Shown one piece after another: positions 49,497-58,411 of a DNA stretch of 64,000 nucleotides. The notes beneath the pieces were generated by a model. That model saw only the letters and a program-made list of their open reading frames with translations. It was not told the origin of the DNA and made no database searches. Source of the DNA: an uncultured Bacteroidia bacterium. Its GTDB lineage: Bacteria > Bacteroidota > Bacteroidia > Bacteroidales > CAJPTX01. The DNA lies in contig CAMXWF010000006.1 of assembly GCA_947252645.1 (NCBI GenBank), positions 64,697 through 128,696 on the forward strand. Reading direction: 5' to 3'. A program made the position numbers and the translations under genes. Each line of letters starts with the position of its first letter. The stretch's first letter is position 1.

Positions 49497-50702
49497 AGCT
49501 CACCTCCCACACGACCCCTCGGCCCCCAATGCCTCCTCCAAACCCCACAAAGTTAGAGAATAGTTACCTCTCCGCTACGCCGACCCCACTGACCCCTACG
49601 CCGCGGGAGGGCACCAAAGGAATTCAAGCGCAGCCCAGCGCCCAAACGTAGAATCGGATGCGCCAAGAGGGAGGCCCCGTATGGTCCTGCGCCCGAAAGT
49701 CAAACATCCCCTCCTGGCCATGCCCGTAGGCGTGCGGCAGCTCAGACTCGCCCAGGCGATCGATCAAAGAGAGCAGCACACCCACCACCGCCCCACAGAG
49801 ATGGCCCTCCCACGAAATAGCCGGATCCACTGCCAGCATGCCCCAAAGCAAGCTACCGTAGAGAAACACCACCAGCAGCGATATGGCCACCAGCACCCTA
49901 TCGCGATGCAGCAACCCCGAGAAAAACATGTAAAACGCCAGCGCATACACCAAGCCACTGGCCCCCACATGGTAGCTCGGCCGCGCAAAGCACCACACCC
50001 CCAGCCCCGTCAAGAGCCAGCCCAGCAAGTACACCCTATACCCCCTACGCGGATAGAAGAGGAAAAGCAACGTGCCTAGCACCAGCAAGGACAAGCTGTT
50101 GGTCAGGGCATGCTCCACATTCGGATGGAGCAACGGCATGAACAAAATGCCCAGCAGCCCTCGAAACGTCCGCGGGTAGACACCCAGCCAATAGAATTTA
50201 TCGCCCAGAAAAACGCCCACCAGCCACACACACCAGCCAAATCAGCCACACGTGGGCAGCCGGGAGGAGTAGATTGACCCGCCACCGCCGTAAGTCCTCC
50301 CACGCCTGCCGCGCCGAGGGCACTCCCTGCAAACTAGGCCTCTGGCGCATCGGCTGGTTGCACGTAGCGGATCTCCTGCACCTTCAGCTGCGGATTGTGG
50401 ATCTCCACGATGTCCTCCGAGATGTTGACCAGGCTATCCCCCACCCGCTCACACTGCGAGAGAATATCCACCTCCACCCTATCGCTGATCTCCTCATACT
50501 TCTCCACCCGCGCATAGATGCGGTGAAGCTCCTTCTCGTTCTGGGCATCCATCATGCTCCTGACGAAGTTGAACATGCGGTAGGTGCGCCGGGCATAGAC
50601 CAAGACCTCCTTCTTGGCCTGCAGCAGGGAGAGCTCGCCAGTCTGCAGTAGACCAATGCCTATGGAGTGCAGACGCTCATCCTCATCACCCTTCTCCCGC
50701 AC
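49411..50702 (-). repeat. Segmental duplication, copy A (1292 bp)
   Basis: This segment is colinear with 50703-52423. The offset is 1292 at the left end, 1331 across the rhomboid start and transporter stop, and 1721 at the right end. The indels sum exactly: +390 +54 -15. Confidence 0.9.
49624..50229 (-). CDS. Rhomboid-family intramembrane serine protease (copy A, catalytic residues intact)
   Basis: The start codon is GTG, with a stop 4 codons upstream in frame. The motifs are HPNVEHALTNS, the catalytic HVGASGLVYAL and the catalytic His in EGHLCGAVVG. Confidence 0.75.
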   Translation of the reverse strand: MWLVGVFLGDKFYWLGVYPRTFRGLLGILFMPLLHPNVEHALTNSLSLLVLGTLLFLFYPRRGYRVYLLGWLLTGLGVWCFARPSYHVGASGLVYALAFYMFFSGLLHRDRVLVAISLLVVFLYGSLLWGMLAVDPAISWEGHLCGAVVGVLLSLIDRLGESELPHAYGHGQEGMFDFRAQDHTGPPSWRIRFYVWALGCA

Positions 50703-50788
50703 AGCAGCGCCCGCGCCTTCGGATGCCACAGCGTCGCCAAATAGACCAAGCAATTGTAGACGCACAACCCCAACGTATAAAACAGCAT
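50334..50788 (-). pseudogene. Chimeric remnant: waaA codons 1-28 (50788-50703) fused out of frame to a deleted 3' part of the Na/Pi-cotransporter gene (50702-50334)
   Basis: Segment 50703-50788 is nearly identical to 49411-49496. Segment 50334-50702 matches 51665-51801 plus 52192-52423. In the waaA frame a TAG follows 15 codons after the junction. Confidence 0.8.
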
Positions 50789-51005
50789 AGCTCACCTCCC
50801 ACACGCCCCCTCGGCCTCCAATGCCTCCTTCAAACCCCACAAAGTTAGAGAATAGTTACCTCTCCGCTACGCCGCCCCCAGTGGCCCCTACGCCGCGGGA
50901 GGGCACCAAAGGAAGTCAAGCGCAGCCCAGCACCCCAATGTAGAATCGGATGCGCCAAGAGGAAGGCCCCGTATGGTCCTGCGCCCGAAAGGCAAACATC
51001 CCCTC

Positions 51006-51560
51006 CTAACCATGCCCGTAGGCGTGCGGCGGCTCGGACTCGCCCAGGCGATCGATCGAGGAGAGCAGCACACCCACCACCGCCCCACAGAGATGGCCCT
51101 CCCACGAAATCAGCATGTCCCAGACCAAGCTACCGTAGAGAAACACCACCAGCAGCGATTTGGCCACCAGCAGCGATATGGCCACCAGCAGCGATATGGC
51201 CACCAGCAGCGATATGGCCGCCAGCACCCCATCGCGATGCAGCAACCCCGAGAAAAACATGTGGAACTCCAGCGCATACACCAAGCCTCCGGCCCCCACA
51301 TGGTAGCCCGGCTGCGCGAAGCACCACACCCCCAACCCCGTCAAGAGCCAGCCCAGCAAGTACACCCTATACCCCCTACGCGGATAGAAGAGGAAAAGCA
51401 ACGTGCCTAGCACCAGCAAGGACAAGCTGTTGGTCAGGGCATGCTCCACATTCGGATGGAGCAACGGCATGAACAAAATGCCCAGCAGCCCTCGAAACGT
51501 CCGCGGGTAGACACCCAGCCAATAGAATTTATCGCCCAGAAAAACGCCCACCAGCCACAC
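51006..51560 (-). CDS. Rhomboid paralog (copy B), predicted catalytically inactive or decaying
   Basis: The first 82 aa are identical to copy A. After that it differs in four ways: GASG becomes GAGG, 18 aa are inserted (AISLLV x3), 5 aa (AVDPA) are deleted, and CAG becomes TAG, which truncates the tail. Confidence 0.55.
   Translation of the reverse strand: MWLVGVFLGDKFYWLGVYPRTFRGLLGILFMPLLHPNVEHALTNSLSLLVLGTLLFLFYPRRGYRVYLLGWLLTGLGVWCFAQPGYHVGAGGLVYALEFHMFFSGLLHRDGVLAAISLLVAISLLVAISLLVAKSLLVVFLYGSLVWDMLISWEGHLCGAVVGVLLSSIDRLGESEPPHAYGHG
51146..51217 (-). repeat. 18-bp tandem repeat x4 (ccaccagcagcgatatgg) inside rhomboid copy B
   Basis: The units are 51146-51163, 51164-51181, 51182-51199 and 51200-51217. 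Copy A has a single unit. Confidence 0.9.
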
Positions 51561-51664
51561 ACACCAGCCAAATCAGCCACACGTGGGCAGCCGGGAGGAG
51601 TAGATTGACCCGCCACCGCCGTAAGTCCTCCCACGCCTGCCGCGCCGAGGGCACTCCCTGCAAA

Positions 51665-53413
51665 CTAGGCCTCTGGCGCATCGGCTGGTTGCACGTAGCG
51701 GATCTCCTGCACCTTCAGCTGCGGATTGTGGATCTCCACGATGTCCTCCGAGATATTGATTAGGCTATCCCCCACCCGCTCACACTGCGAGAGAATATCC
51801 AGGTAAAACAACCCAGCCTGGCAACTGTAGCGCCCCTGCTCCATGTTGTCGACATGCGCAGACTTCATGTCGTTGCGATACCGGTTGATGGCATCCTCAC
51901 AGGCATAGGCCTCCGCCAGATCCACCCGCTCATCAGCGCCCCCCAGATTGCGCAGCATAGCCGCAAAGGCATCGTCTACGTAGGTAAACATCTGCTGTAT
52001 ACGGCTCACGATGTACTCGTTGAACCACACCCCATCGCGGTGCTTATTCATAAACAGCCGGGCGATGTTGTGGCAGTAATCGGCCACGTTCTCTATATCA
52101 TCTATCTCCTTGAGTAGGCCCCGCATCGTCGCGCTACCCTCCTCGCTCAACTCCGACGAGTGGATATTACCCAAATACGTGGATATCTCCACCTCCACCC
52201 TATCGCTGATCTCCTCATACTTCTCCACCCGCGCATAGATGCGGTGAAGCTCCTTCTCGTTCTGGGCATCCATCATGCTCCTGACGAAGTTGAACATGCG
52301 GTAGGTGCGCCGGGCATAGACCAAGACCTCCTTCTTGGCCTGCAGCAGGGAGAGCTCGCCAGTCTGCAGTAGGCCAATGCCTATGGAGCGCAGACGCTCA
52401 TCCTCATCGCCCTTCTCCCGCACGGGCAGCAACCGCGTCACAAGCTTCACCATCTGGGGCGTAAACCACACCTGCACCAGCGTGTTTGACACGTTGAAAC
52501 ACGTATGGAACAGCGAGAGCGCAAAGGGCGTGGCCCCCACAGGGTCGGCCTGCAGATCGAAGCCAGCCACCCCCACCAGCCAGGACACCCCCGCCAGGAA
52601 CGGCCTGAAAAGTATGAGTACCCAGCAAACGCCAAAAACATTGAACAGCATATGGAACAGCGCAGCCCGCTTGGCAGCCACATTGCCCACCGAGGCCGCC
52701 AGAATGGCCGTTATCGTCGTGCCGATGTTCTCCCCCAAAATCATGGCCGCCGCCATGGGAAAGTCGATCCAGCCGTTCGAACACATGATGAGCGTCAGGG
52801 CCACCGTGGCCGATGAAGACTGCACTATGAAGGTCATCAGCGTACCCACACCCAAGAAAATAAGCACCGAGAAAAAACCATAGGAGGTGAAGCCCCGAAG
52901 CGCCTCGAGTATCTGGGGATACTCCTGCAAATCGGGCATATTGGCCTTGAGGTACGCCAGGCCCAGGAAGATGAGCGAGAAGCCCAAGATGAGCTCGCCG
53001 CGCGAACGGCGCTTGGGGCGCTTGCTGAAGAGCAACGGTACCACTACGCCGATCATGGGCAAGGTGATGAGGGCTATATCCATCTTGAAGCCAAACAGGG
53101 CGATAATCCACGCCGTGGCCGTCGTGCCGATGTTGGCCCCCATAATCACCCCCACCGCCTGGACCAGGGTGAGCAAGCCCGCGTTGACGAAGCTCACCAC
53201 CATGACCGTGGTGGCCGAGGACGACTGGATCACCGCCGTGACGGCCAAACCCGTCAAAATGCGCTTGAACCGATTGCTCGTCATCGCGGCCAGCAAATCC
53301 CGCATCTTGTCGCCTGCCACCTTCTGGAGCGACTCGCTCATGAGCTTCATCCCGTAGAGAAAAACCCCCAGCGAGCCTACCAGCGTCAACACCTCAAGCA
53401 GTACCTCGAGCAT
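51665..53413 (-). CDS. Na+/phosphate cotransporter family protein with a C-terminal PhoU-like repeat domain
   Basis: The 582-aa product has an N-terminal half with duplicated GANIGTT / GENIGTT motifs. The C-terminal half has two PhoU-like helical repeats. Confidence 0.85.
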   Translation of the reverse strand: MLEVLLEVLTLVGSLGVFLYGMKLMSESLQKVAGDKMRDLLAAMTSNRFKRILTGLAVTAVIQSSSATTVMVVSFVNAGLLTLVQAVGVIMGANIGTTATAWIIALFGFKMDIALITLPMIGVVVPLLFSKRPKRRSRGELILGFSLIFLGLAYLKANMPDLQEYPQILEALRGFTSYGFFSVLIFLGVGTLMTFIVQSSSATVALTLIMCSNGWIDFPMAAAMILGENIGTTITAILAASVGNVAAKRAALFHMLFNVFGVCWVLILFRPFLAGVSWLVGVAGFDLQADPVGATPFALSLFHTCFNVSNTLVQVWFTPQMVKLVTRLLPVREKGDEDERLRSIGIGLLQTGELSLLQAKKEVLVYARRTYRMFNFVRSMMDAQNEKELHRIYARVEKYEEISDRVEVEISTYLGNIHSSELSEEGSATMRGLLKEIDDIENVADYCHNIARLFMNKHRDGVWFNEYIVSRIQQMFTYVDDAFAAMLRNLGGADERVDLAEAYACEDAINRYRNDMKSAHVDNMEQGRYSCQAGLFYLDILSQCERVGDSLINISEDIVEIHNPQLKVQEIRYVQPADAPEA

Positions 53414-53457
53414 AGCAGATCAGTTTTATAGCTCCTCCTAAGCGTCAATCAACGGAT

Positions 53458-53503
53458 ACAAAAAACGATGCGAGGCGCCGTCTTGAGCTTTTCCCCGCAT
53501 CGT
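53458..53503 (-). terminator. Intrinsic terminator after kbl
   Basis: On the minus strand the stem acgatgcg / cgcatcgt (loop ~23 nt) is followed by TTTTTGT. Confidence 0.45.
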
Positions 53504-53550
53504 ATCGTTCAATGCTAAATCGTGGTAGTAACAGTTACTCTGGCTAAAGG

Positions 53551-54741
53551 CTACTTGATAACTTTGAACTTCTTGCCCACCTTGATGAAGGCCTCGGCGC
53601 AACGATCAAGCTGCGCCCGGCTATGCCCTGCCGACACCTGCACTCGGATACGCGCCTGCCCCTTGGGCACCACCGGGTAGTAGAAGCCCGTAACGTAGAT
53701 CCCCTCCTCCAGCAGGGCCGCCGCCATATCCTGCGAAAGCTTGGCATCGTAGAGCATGACCGCCAGAATGGCACTCTGCGAGGGCTTGATGTCGAAGCCC
53801 GCTGCCCGCATCTTGTCCCCAAAGTACTTGGTATTCTCCACCAGCTTGCCATGCAGCGCATCGTCCTTCTCCAGCCGCTCAAACACGGCCAAACTGGCCC
53901 CCACCACGGCAGGCGGCACCGAGTTGGAGAACAGGTAGGGGCGCGAGCGCTGGCGCAGCATGTCAACGATCTCCTGGTGGGCCACCGTGAAGCCACCGCA
54001 CCCTCCACCAAACGACTTGCCGAGCGTACCCGTGATGATGTCCACCTGCCCACGCAGGTTGTAGAGCTCCGTCACCCCGCGCCCCGTGGCCCCCACCACG
54101 CCCGCAGAATGGCTCTCATCCACCATCACCAGGGCATCGTACTGCTTGGCCAAGGCCACGATCTTATCCACTGGGGCCACATTGCCGTCCATGGAAAAAA
54201 CCCCATCCGTGGCCACAATGCGGAAACGCTTGCCCTGCGCCTCCTTCAAGCAACGCTCCAGATCGGCCATGTCGCCATTGGCATAGCGCAGCCGCTGCGC
54301 CTTGCACAAGCGCACCCCATCGATGATCGAGGCGTGGTTGAGCGCATCGGATATAATGGCATCCTCCTCCGTGAACAACGGCTCAAACAGCCCACCATTG
54401 GCATCGAAGCAGGAAATATAGAGTATGGCATCGTCCAGCCCAAAGAACTTGGCAATGCGCTGCTCCAGCTCCCGGTGGATGTCCTGAGTGCCGCAGATGA
54501 AGCGCACCGACGACATGCCGTAGCCCCGCGCATCCATCATGGCCTTGGCCGCCTGCTTCACCGAGGGGTCGTCCGAAAGCCCCAAATAGTTGTTAGCACA
54601 GAAATTCAGCACGGGCTGCTTGGGCGCCACGGTGATGTCGGCCTGCTGCGGGGACACGATGATGCGCTCCTGCTTGTAGAGCCCAGCCCCACGGATAGAG
54701 GCCAGCTCCTGCCGAAGATGCTCCTGGAACTGCTTGTACAT
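53551..54741 (-). CDS. kbl: Glycine C-acetyltransferase (2-amino-3-ketobutyrate CoA ligase)
   Basis: The 396-aa product has the alpha-oxoamine synthase pattern NNYLGL, DESHS and TLGKSFGG. Confidence 0.9.
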   Translation of the reverse strand: MYKQFQEHLRQELASIRGAGLYKQERIIVSPQQADITVAPKQPVLNFCANNYLGLSDDPSVKQAAKAMMDARGYGMSSVRFICGTQDIHRELEQRIAKFFGLDDAILYISCFDANGGLFEPLFTEEDAIISDALNHASIIDGVRLCKAQRLRYANGDMADLERCLKEAQGKRFRIVATDGVFSMDGNVAPVDKIVALAKQYDALVMVDESHSAGVVGATGRGVTELYNLRGQVDIITGTLGKSFGGGCGGFTVAHQEIVDMLRQRSRPYLFSNSVPPAVVGASLAVFERLEKDDALHGKLVENTKYFGDKMRAAGFDIKPSQSAILAVMLYDAKLSQDMAAALLEEGIYVTGFYYPVVPKGQARIRVQVSAGHSRAQLDRCAEAFIKVGKKFKVIK

Positions 54742-54763
54742 GGTTTGGTGTTTTATTACGCAG

Positions 54764-54771
54764 CAAATGTA
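54764..54771 (-). promoter_or_regulatory. Candidate -7 box (TACATTTG) for kbl
   Basis: The minus strand reads ggcTACATTTGctgcg. The box lies about 22 nt upstream of the ATG at 54741. Confidence 0.35.
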
Positions 54772-54942
54772 GCCATTTCTTATCTATCGGCTACCACCCC
54801 AGCGCGCCCGACGGCGCCACGGGCACCCTGCTCCTAAGGCGCCCACGCGCCACCCGCCCACACCGCCGCCCACCGCAGGGCAGGAAGCCCCGCGCCCCGT
54901 GCGCTGGCCACGCCGGCACTGCCGAAAGGCCTGTAGAATTAG

Positions 54943-54950
54943 TACCTTTG
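54943..54950 (+). promoter_or_regulatory. Candidate -7 box (TACCTTTG) for the thiamine-phosphate-synthase-like gene
   Basis: The sequence agTACCTTTGccccgaaagc lies about 20 nt upstream of the ATG at 54971. Confidence 0.35.
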
Positions 54951-54970
54951 CCCCGAAAGCGCAAGTGACT

Positions 54971-55648
54971 ATGCAGAAGAGCCAGCATGCCCAATCCGCG
55001 GCGCGCCAAGCGCCCGCCGAGCGGCTAATATTCCTCACCAACCCCGGGAGTGCCTACAGCGCGCAGGCGCAGCTCTACCAATACCTCTTGGCTGGAGGGC
55101 GTCGGGCCATATACTGCGGGGGGCGCAAGCCATCAAGCCAGCTCACCAAAGAGCTCCAGGGCATGGTGCAAGCCGCCCAAGAGGTACAGGCCTGCGTGCT
55201 GGTGAAAGAACACCTCGAGCTGGTGGAAAGCTGCAAGGCCCAAGGCTTCCACATCGCTGGGCACTACCAGTCGCCCACCCAGGTACGAGAACGCCTTGGG
55301 GCCCAGGCCGTGGTAGGCCTCACCATCCACAGCCCCCAAGAGCTCGACCAGCTCACCCAGGCCCCCATCGACTACATCCTTGCGGGGCCCTTCGCGCCGT
55401 CACCCGCCGCCGGCATGCACAGCGCGCCCATCGGCCTAGAGGGCATAGCAGCCATCTGCCAACGCGCGCAGGCCCTCAGGCTCACCATCCCCATCTACGC
55501 CTACGGCAACGTGGAAAACATCGACGTGCGCGCGCTGCTCGCCGCGCGCTGCTTCGGCGTGGCCGTCTCCGATGGCATCGCCCTGGCGGCCAACATCCAG
55601 ACGGCCACCCAGAAATACCTCGAGCGCATAGCCACCAACACCCGCTAG
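54971..55648 (+). CDS. Thiamine-phosphate synthase-like (TMP-TENI family) protein
   Basis: The start is set at MQKSQH. The pattern is a TIM-barrel type: GFHIAG...VGLTIHSPQELDQ...DYILAGPF...YAYGNV. The sequence is divergent, so the functional call is tentative. Confidence 0.55.
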   Translation: MQKSQHAQSAARQAPAERLIFLTNPGSAYSAQAQLYQYLLAGGRRAIYCGGRKPSSQLTKELQGMVQAAQEVQACVLVKEHLELVESCKAQGFHIAGHYQSPTQVRERLGAQAVVGLTIHSPQELDQLTQAPIDYILAGPFAPSPAAGMHSAPIGLEGIAAICQRAQALRLTIPIYAYGNVENIDVRALLAARCFGVAVSDGIALAANIQTATQKYLERIATNTR

Positions 55649-56730
55649 ATACCCCCCTCTCGATGCCCCTGCCGAGTGAGCGCCCGGTGGTACTCCTCAG
55701 CGTAGCGCATATGCTCTAGCCCCGTGCGCGAAAAGTGGTGGTAGCCGCTGAAGTCCGCCTTGGCACAAAAATAGAGGTAATCGTGGTGCGCATAGTGCAG
55801 CACGGCCTCTAGGGCCTGCATGCTGGGATAGATAATGGGCCCCGGGGGCAACCCAGGGTGAATATACGTGTTGTAGGGCGATTCGATCTGGGTGTGCGCT
55901 TTCAAGACCCTAGTCAAGGCCATGTTGCCCGCGGCGTACTTGGCCGTGGGGCAGGCCTGAAGGTGCATACCCCTGCGCAAGCGATTGATGTAGACACCCG
56001 CCACCATGGGCAGCTCGCTGGGGTGCACAACCTCCTCCTGGATAATAGAAGCCAACGTGCTGATCTCCAGCGGCGTCAAGGGAATCTGGGCAGCCAAGGC
56101 CCGCCGCGTATCGCTCCAGTAGGCATCGTGTTCCCGCGCCAAGCGCGCCAGCAGCTGCTCGGGCGCGATGTCCCAGTAGACCTCGTAGGTGTTGGGGATG
56201 ACCATGCTCGGGAGGGCGCGGGGCGTAAAGCCCAACGAGGCCAGGAAGAGGCTATCGCGCATGCAGTCGTTGAGGGCCGCGGAGTCTATTGCGAGTTGGC
56301 TGGCCACCCTCCGCGCCCACTCGCCCGTGGTGCGCGTCGAGGTGACCACCAGCTGCACCGGCAGCTGACGCCGGCCCGCAATCTGATTGACGATGGCCCG
56401 GGTGGAGCTACCCCGTACCACGCGATATTGGCCAGAATAGCTCCGGGTCTCCAGGCCACGCTGCCGGAGATAGCGGTGGAAGGCGGCGCTGTCGGCCAGT
56501 GCCCCTTGCGCCGACAGCACGGCCGCCAGCTGCGCCCCCGACGTGCCCAAAGGCACGCGGACGGTCAGGGCCTCCTCCCCAAAGCCCGTGTTGGCCTGCC
56601 AGTAGGGCTTAAAGTGCTGAAATAGGCCAATAGCCACCACGATCCCCACCCCCAGGAGCAATGCCGCGCCCACCAGCAGCACTCTGCGCCACCTACAGCG
56701 GGCACGCCGCGGAGAAAGGATCTCGGTCAC
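55645..56730 (-). CDS. mltG: Endolytic murein transglycosylase MltG (YceG-like)
   Basis: It has an N-terminal TM segment. The motifs are LTLASIIQEE, SPYNTY...GLPPGPI and NP...ALEAVL. Confidence 0.85.
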   Translation of the reverse strand: MTEILSPRRARCRWRRVLLVGAALLLGVGIVVAIGLFQHFKPYWQANTGFGEEALTVRVPLGTSGAQLAAVLSAQGALADSAAFHRYLRQRGLETRSYSGQYRVVRGSSTRAIVNQIAGRRQLPVQLVVTSTRTTGEWARRVASQLAIDSAALNDCMRDSLFLASLGFTPRALPSMVIPNTYEVYWDIAPEQLLARLAREHDAYWSDTRRALAAQIPLTPLEISTLASIIQEEVVHPSELPMVAGVYINRLRRGMHLQACPTAKYAAGNMALTRVLKAHTQIESPYNTYIHPGLPPGPIIYPSMQALEAVLHYAHHDYLYFCAKADFSGYHHFSRTGLEHMRYAEEYHRALTRQGHREGGI

Positions 56731-56776
56731 GATATGTTGTGATTTTTAAGGTTAACCGCAATAGGCCCTTGGCAAG

Positions 56777-58111
56777 CTATTTGCACTCCTCGCGCAGTGG
56801 CGCCCCCTGCGCCCCCACGGGGGCCAGCGCGGGGCGATTCTTAGCATCCATAGCCGCCGAATGACCTGCCAGCGCCCCCGTAGAATACGCAATCTGGAGA
56901 TTGTAGCCACCCGTGGTGGCGTCAGCGTCCAGCACCTCTCCGCAGAAATAGAGGTGCGGATACTGGTGACAGCGCAGCGTAGTCGGGTCGAGCTGGTCGA
57001 GCGCAATGCCCCCGGCGGTCACAATGGCTCTATACCACCCCTCGCACCCCGAGACCTCAAAATCCATCCCCTTGATGGTGAGGGCCAGCTGCTGGAGCTG
57101 CGCCGGGCTCAGGGCTGCCCACCCCGCTCGCCGCGGCACGCCCACCCTGAGCAACACGGGCGCCACGAGGGGATTGGGGAGCAGCGCCCGCAGCGAGGAG
57201 AGCAGCGGCTCGTAGGGCCGGGCCTCCCGCTCGCGCCCCATGCGCCCCAAGAGCTTCTCGGGCGAGAGCGCGGGCTTGAGATCCAGCCGGAGCGTCAAGT
57301 GCCCAGAGCCCGGCCACGTGGAGACGTAGCGGCTGAGCTGCAAGGCCACAGGGCCATCGAACCCCCTATCGGTCAACATGAGATCACCGAAGGCCTCGGC
57401 CAGCTGGCGCGAACCATCGAGCAACGAAAGCTGCACATTCTTAATCAGAAGGTTGCGGGCGTTCCTGATCGGCTCTGCCAGCGTGATCCCCACCAAGCTG
57501 GGCACGGGAGGCACCACATCGATATAGAGCAGCCGCGCCAGCTCGAAGCCAAACCCAGTAGAGCCCGTGGCGGGGTAGCTCAGACCGCCCGTGGCCACTA
57601 CGACCGTCTTGGCGCGGAGACGCAACCGCGCCCCCTCGCTGGGCAGAGCCCGCACCCGGAATGTGCCATCGTCCATGGGCCGAATGCGCTGCACCTGCGC
57701 CCCGGTAATGAGCTCGGCACCCTGGGCAGTAGTCCAGGCCACCAGGGCATCGACCACATCGCGCGCCTTGCCACTCGTCGGGAAGACCCGCTGCCCCCGC
57801 TCCACGACAGTCGGCACCCCCTGCCGGGCCAAAAGCTCCACGATGCCCTGATTACTAAAAAACGAAAAGGCAGGCTGAAGGAACTCAAAGCCCTGGAAGA
57901 CGTGATCAGCATACTCCTGGATGGGCCGTGCGTTGGTGACATTGCAGCGCCCCTTCCCCGTAATGCCCAGCTTGCGCGCCGGCCGCTGGCGCGACTCGAG
58001 GATAACGGTAGAACACCCAGCCTTGGCCGCAAAACCGCCCGCCAACAAGCCCGCAGGGCCTGCCCCTACTACCAGCACGTCGCACTGTCGCTCCAGCATA
58101 ATCATCCACAA
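56777..58111 (-). CDS. NAD(P)/FAD-dependent oxidoreductase (HI0933/BaiN-like flavoprotein)
   Basis: The motifs are DVLVVGAGPAGLLAGGFAAKAG, GKGRCNVTN and a C-terminal GGYNLQ.A..TG. Confidence 0.8.
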   Translation of the reverse strand: MWMIMLERQCDVLVVGAGPAGLLAGGFAAKAGCSTVILESRQRPARKLGITGKGRCNVTNARPIQEYADHVFQGFEFLQPAFSFFSNQGIVELLARQGVPTVVERGQRVFPTSGKARDVVDALVAWTTAQGAELITGAQVQRIRPMDDGTFRVRALPSEGARLRLRAKTVVVATGGLSYPATGSTGFGFELARLLYIDVVPPVPSLVGITLAEPIRNARNLLIKNVQLSLLDGSRQLAEAFGDLMLTDRGFDGPVALQLSRYVSTWPGSGHLTLRLDLKPALSPEKLLGRMGREREARPYEPLLSSLRALLPNPLVAPVLLRVGVPRRAGWAALSPAQLQQLALTIKGMDFEVSGCEGWYRAIVTAGGIALDQLDPTTLRCHQYPHLYFCGEVLDADATTGGYNLQIAYSTGALAGHSAAMDAKNRPALAPVGAQGAPLREECK

Positions 58112-58356
58112 CCTTTAGCCGCACGCCTGCGCCCACTCCCCCACGCACCCTACCCCACACGGACTACCGCTCACCCGACGCCCGCCATGCACGGACACAG
58201 GCCCCTATCTAAAAGCTTTCTAGATACGCCCGCAATGTTAGCAAAAATTGGCGTAATCGAGCCTCCTGCCCCGGGCTGGCGACGCGCAACCAGATCGAAA
58301 GGTACTGCCAAAATGTCTTGCGCAACCACCATCCAGGTGCCAAGTCCACTCTAAAG

Positions 58357-58411
58357 CAACTCCATACCAACTCCGCACCAGCTCCGTACCCGCTCCGCAC
58401 CAACTCCGCTC
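58357..58411. repeat. 11-bp phased repeat x5 (CCRYAC/CCGCTC hexamers at 58362, 58373, 58384, 58395, 58406)
   Basis: The units read caactccatac caactccgcac cagctccgtac ccgctccgcac caactccgctc. The array ends in the 14-mer accaactccgctca, which is also found at 19746-19759. Confidence 0.8.

Larger units (their letters stand above)
50703..52423 (-). repeat. Segmental duplication, copy B (1721 bp)
   Basis: See copy A. The junction 50702|50703 sits in the heptamer CCCGCAC, which is shared by waaA (49404-49410) and the transporter gene (52417-52423). Confidence 0.9.

Noticed and set aside
50334-50840. The 168-aa ORF considered as a genuine gene
   Set aside because: Its N-terminal 47 residues are an out-of-frame read of the duplicated waaA 5' region and upstream sequence. 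The rest is a deleted copy of the transporter C-terminus. It is better explained as a duplication remnant.
54742-54970. A TPP riboswitch upstream of the thiamine-phosphate-synthase-like gene
   Set aside because: I could not find the conserved CTGAGA ... ACCTGATCTGGATAATGCCAGCG-type core on the plus strand. The region is GC-rich and looks like a short divergent promoter region.
55645-55648. The convergent thiE-like and mltG genes overlap by 4 nt through the palindrome CTAG, which supplies a stop codon on both strands
   Set aside because: The overlap is real but a trivial consequence of TAG being self-complementary within CTAG. No functional implication can be supported.
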